Source: Lachnospiraceae bacterium (lineage in GTDB: Bacteria; Bacillota; Clostridia; Lachnospirales; Lachnospiraceae). From it: a DNA stretch of 64,000 bases. Shown here piece after piece: positions 63,391 through 64,000 of this stretch. The notes beneath the pieces were generated by a model. That model saw nothing but the letters and a program-made list of their open reading frames with translations. It ran no database searches and was not told the DNA's origin. The stretch is from positions 616-64,615 of the forward strand of contig JBJENY010000054.1 in NCBI GenBank assembly GCA_051880435.1, in the 5' to 3' direction. Numbering within the stretch: position 1 is the first letter of the stretch; every line of letters starts with the position of its first letter. Made by a program: the position numbers and the translations under genes.

Positions 63391-64000
63391 GGTCTTACGT
63401 TAAAAACAGAGGAAGAGACTGGGGCAAATGGATTAAATGAAAGAACGACAAAAGTGAATCGGGATCCTGTGATAGATGATGACTGGTTAACTGGACCGGA
63501 ACCATATTCTGTAGTTGATTCTATCAACAAACCGAAGGATTTCGAAATAGGTAAAACTGTTGATACAGGTAAACCGAATGCATTACATAGAATGTCTGAT
63601 TCTTCTAAACCAGGAGTAGATTCCCAAATGGAAGAAGTTGCCATGGATTTTTCCAAACAATACGGTGCCTATTATAGGAATCAAAAGTCAGATGCGGATT
63701 TGCTGGAATTAACAACCCAGCCTTTCTGGCAGAGTATGGGGTTAAGTAAAAGACGTTTGCGGGATAAAGGTCTTACTCTGGAAGTAGATATGATTCCGGA
63801 AAATACGAAGAACTCCCAAGTTTTACGGGAACATTTTAAGGCAAATAAGCGACCTATGGCTTACAAAATGAGGGTTCAGGGAGATGGTCAGTTTGAATAT
63901 GGAAATTATGTGGGAAATGCGCTGGTCAGAAGACGTTTCGTAAAAGGTGGAAAGCAGATATATAAGAAGGTTACAGTGGAACAACATGTGGCCACCTGTT
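63388..64000 (+). CDS. hypothetical protein, open-ended at window edge (absent from ORF track)
   Basis: I translated it codon by codon: MGLTLKTEEETGANGLNERTTKVNRDPVIDDDWLTGPEPYSV...KKVTVEQHVATC, 204 codons with no stop up to nt 64000. GGAGGG lies 7 nt before ATG 63388. No motif recognised. Confidence 0.6.
   Translation, partial: MGLTLKTEEETGANGLNERTTKVNRDPVIDDDWLTGPEPYSVVDSINKPKDFEIGKTVDTGKPNALHRMSDSSKPGVDSQMEEVAMDFSKQYGAYYRNQKSDADLLELTTQPFWQSMGLSKRRLRDKGLTLEVDMIPENTKNSQVLREHFKANKRPMAYKMRVQGDGQFEYGNYVGNALVRRRFVKGGKQIYKKVTVEQHVATC

Noticed and set aside
63366-63656. Listed minus-strand ORF of 96 aa.
   Set aside because: It lies antisense to a longer + strand ORF (63388 to the window end) that has a proper GGAGGG RBS. 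It has no RBS of its own.
1-64000. Mobile elements, prophage, rRNA/tRNA genes and known defence systems.
   Set aside because: No transposase, integrase, phage structural, cas, restriction or reverse-transcriptase-like ORF was recognisable in any frame, and no cloverleaf-compatible sequence was seen. SbcCD here looks like the ordinary housekeeping nuclease pair.

Overview
This 64-kb stretch reads like chromosomal DNA of a low-GC Gram-positive anaerobe. It looks Clostridia/Lachnospiraceae-like and motile, but the taxon is inferred only from gene content and AT-richness. All calls rest on reading the ORF track and the DNA by eye, using remembered family motifs; no BLAST, HMM or folding was run.

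I call 61 protein-coding genes, and both window edges cut a gene. I saw no rRNA, tRNA, CRISPR array, transposase or integrase.

Most content is housekeeping or ordinary accessory metabolism:
- Core metabolism: argG, fabK-like/fabF, pfkA, fruK, cysK, purA, birA.
- DNA repair: sbcCD.
- Transport: feoAB, a MATE pump, an ABC-2 exporter, a CaCA antiporter.
- Signalling and regulation: two MCPs, a GGDEF cyclase, cdaA-cdaR, and GntR/AraC/LysR/Rrf2/XRE regulators.
- Sigma/anti-sigma pairs: one ECF pair and one SigI/RsgI pair.

The least ordinary part is non-coding.
1. A 0.9-kb gene-free gap (19010-19585) holds eight phased 74-bp units. Each unit carries a covarying TACCTAC...GTAGGTA hairpin, and the same hairpin family recurs on both sides of purA.
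2. At least four other unrelated intergenic tandem arrays are present: 54 bp x5 before birA, 60 bp x3.5 running into the start of an unlisted open-ended ORF at 63388, about 13 nt x10 at 56465, and 13 bp x4 before fabK.
3. About ten intergenic 'split palindromes' have 8-19-bp arms separated by 21-66 nt. Many sit where terminators are expected.

Protein-level oddities:
- A SigI/RsgI module in which both the anti-sigma factor and an adjacent PepSY lipoprotein end in long poly-Asp tails.
- A signal-peptide-bearing caspase (C14) with an EF-hand loop.
- Two 46-47-aa membrane micro-ORFs coupled to the CaCA gene.
- A cdaA-cdaR operon followed by HPr and a sirtuin instead of glmM.
- A rhodanese::TtcA fusion inside a cysK-rrf2-tcdA cluster.
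- A stand-alone glycerol-1-phosphate-dehydrogenase-like gene.

I found no convincing complete defence, toxin or mobile system. The dispersed hairpin repeat family is my best candidate for something undescribed.
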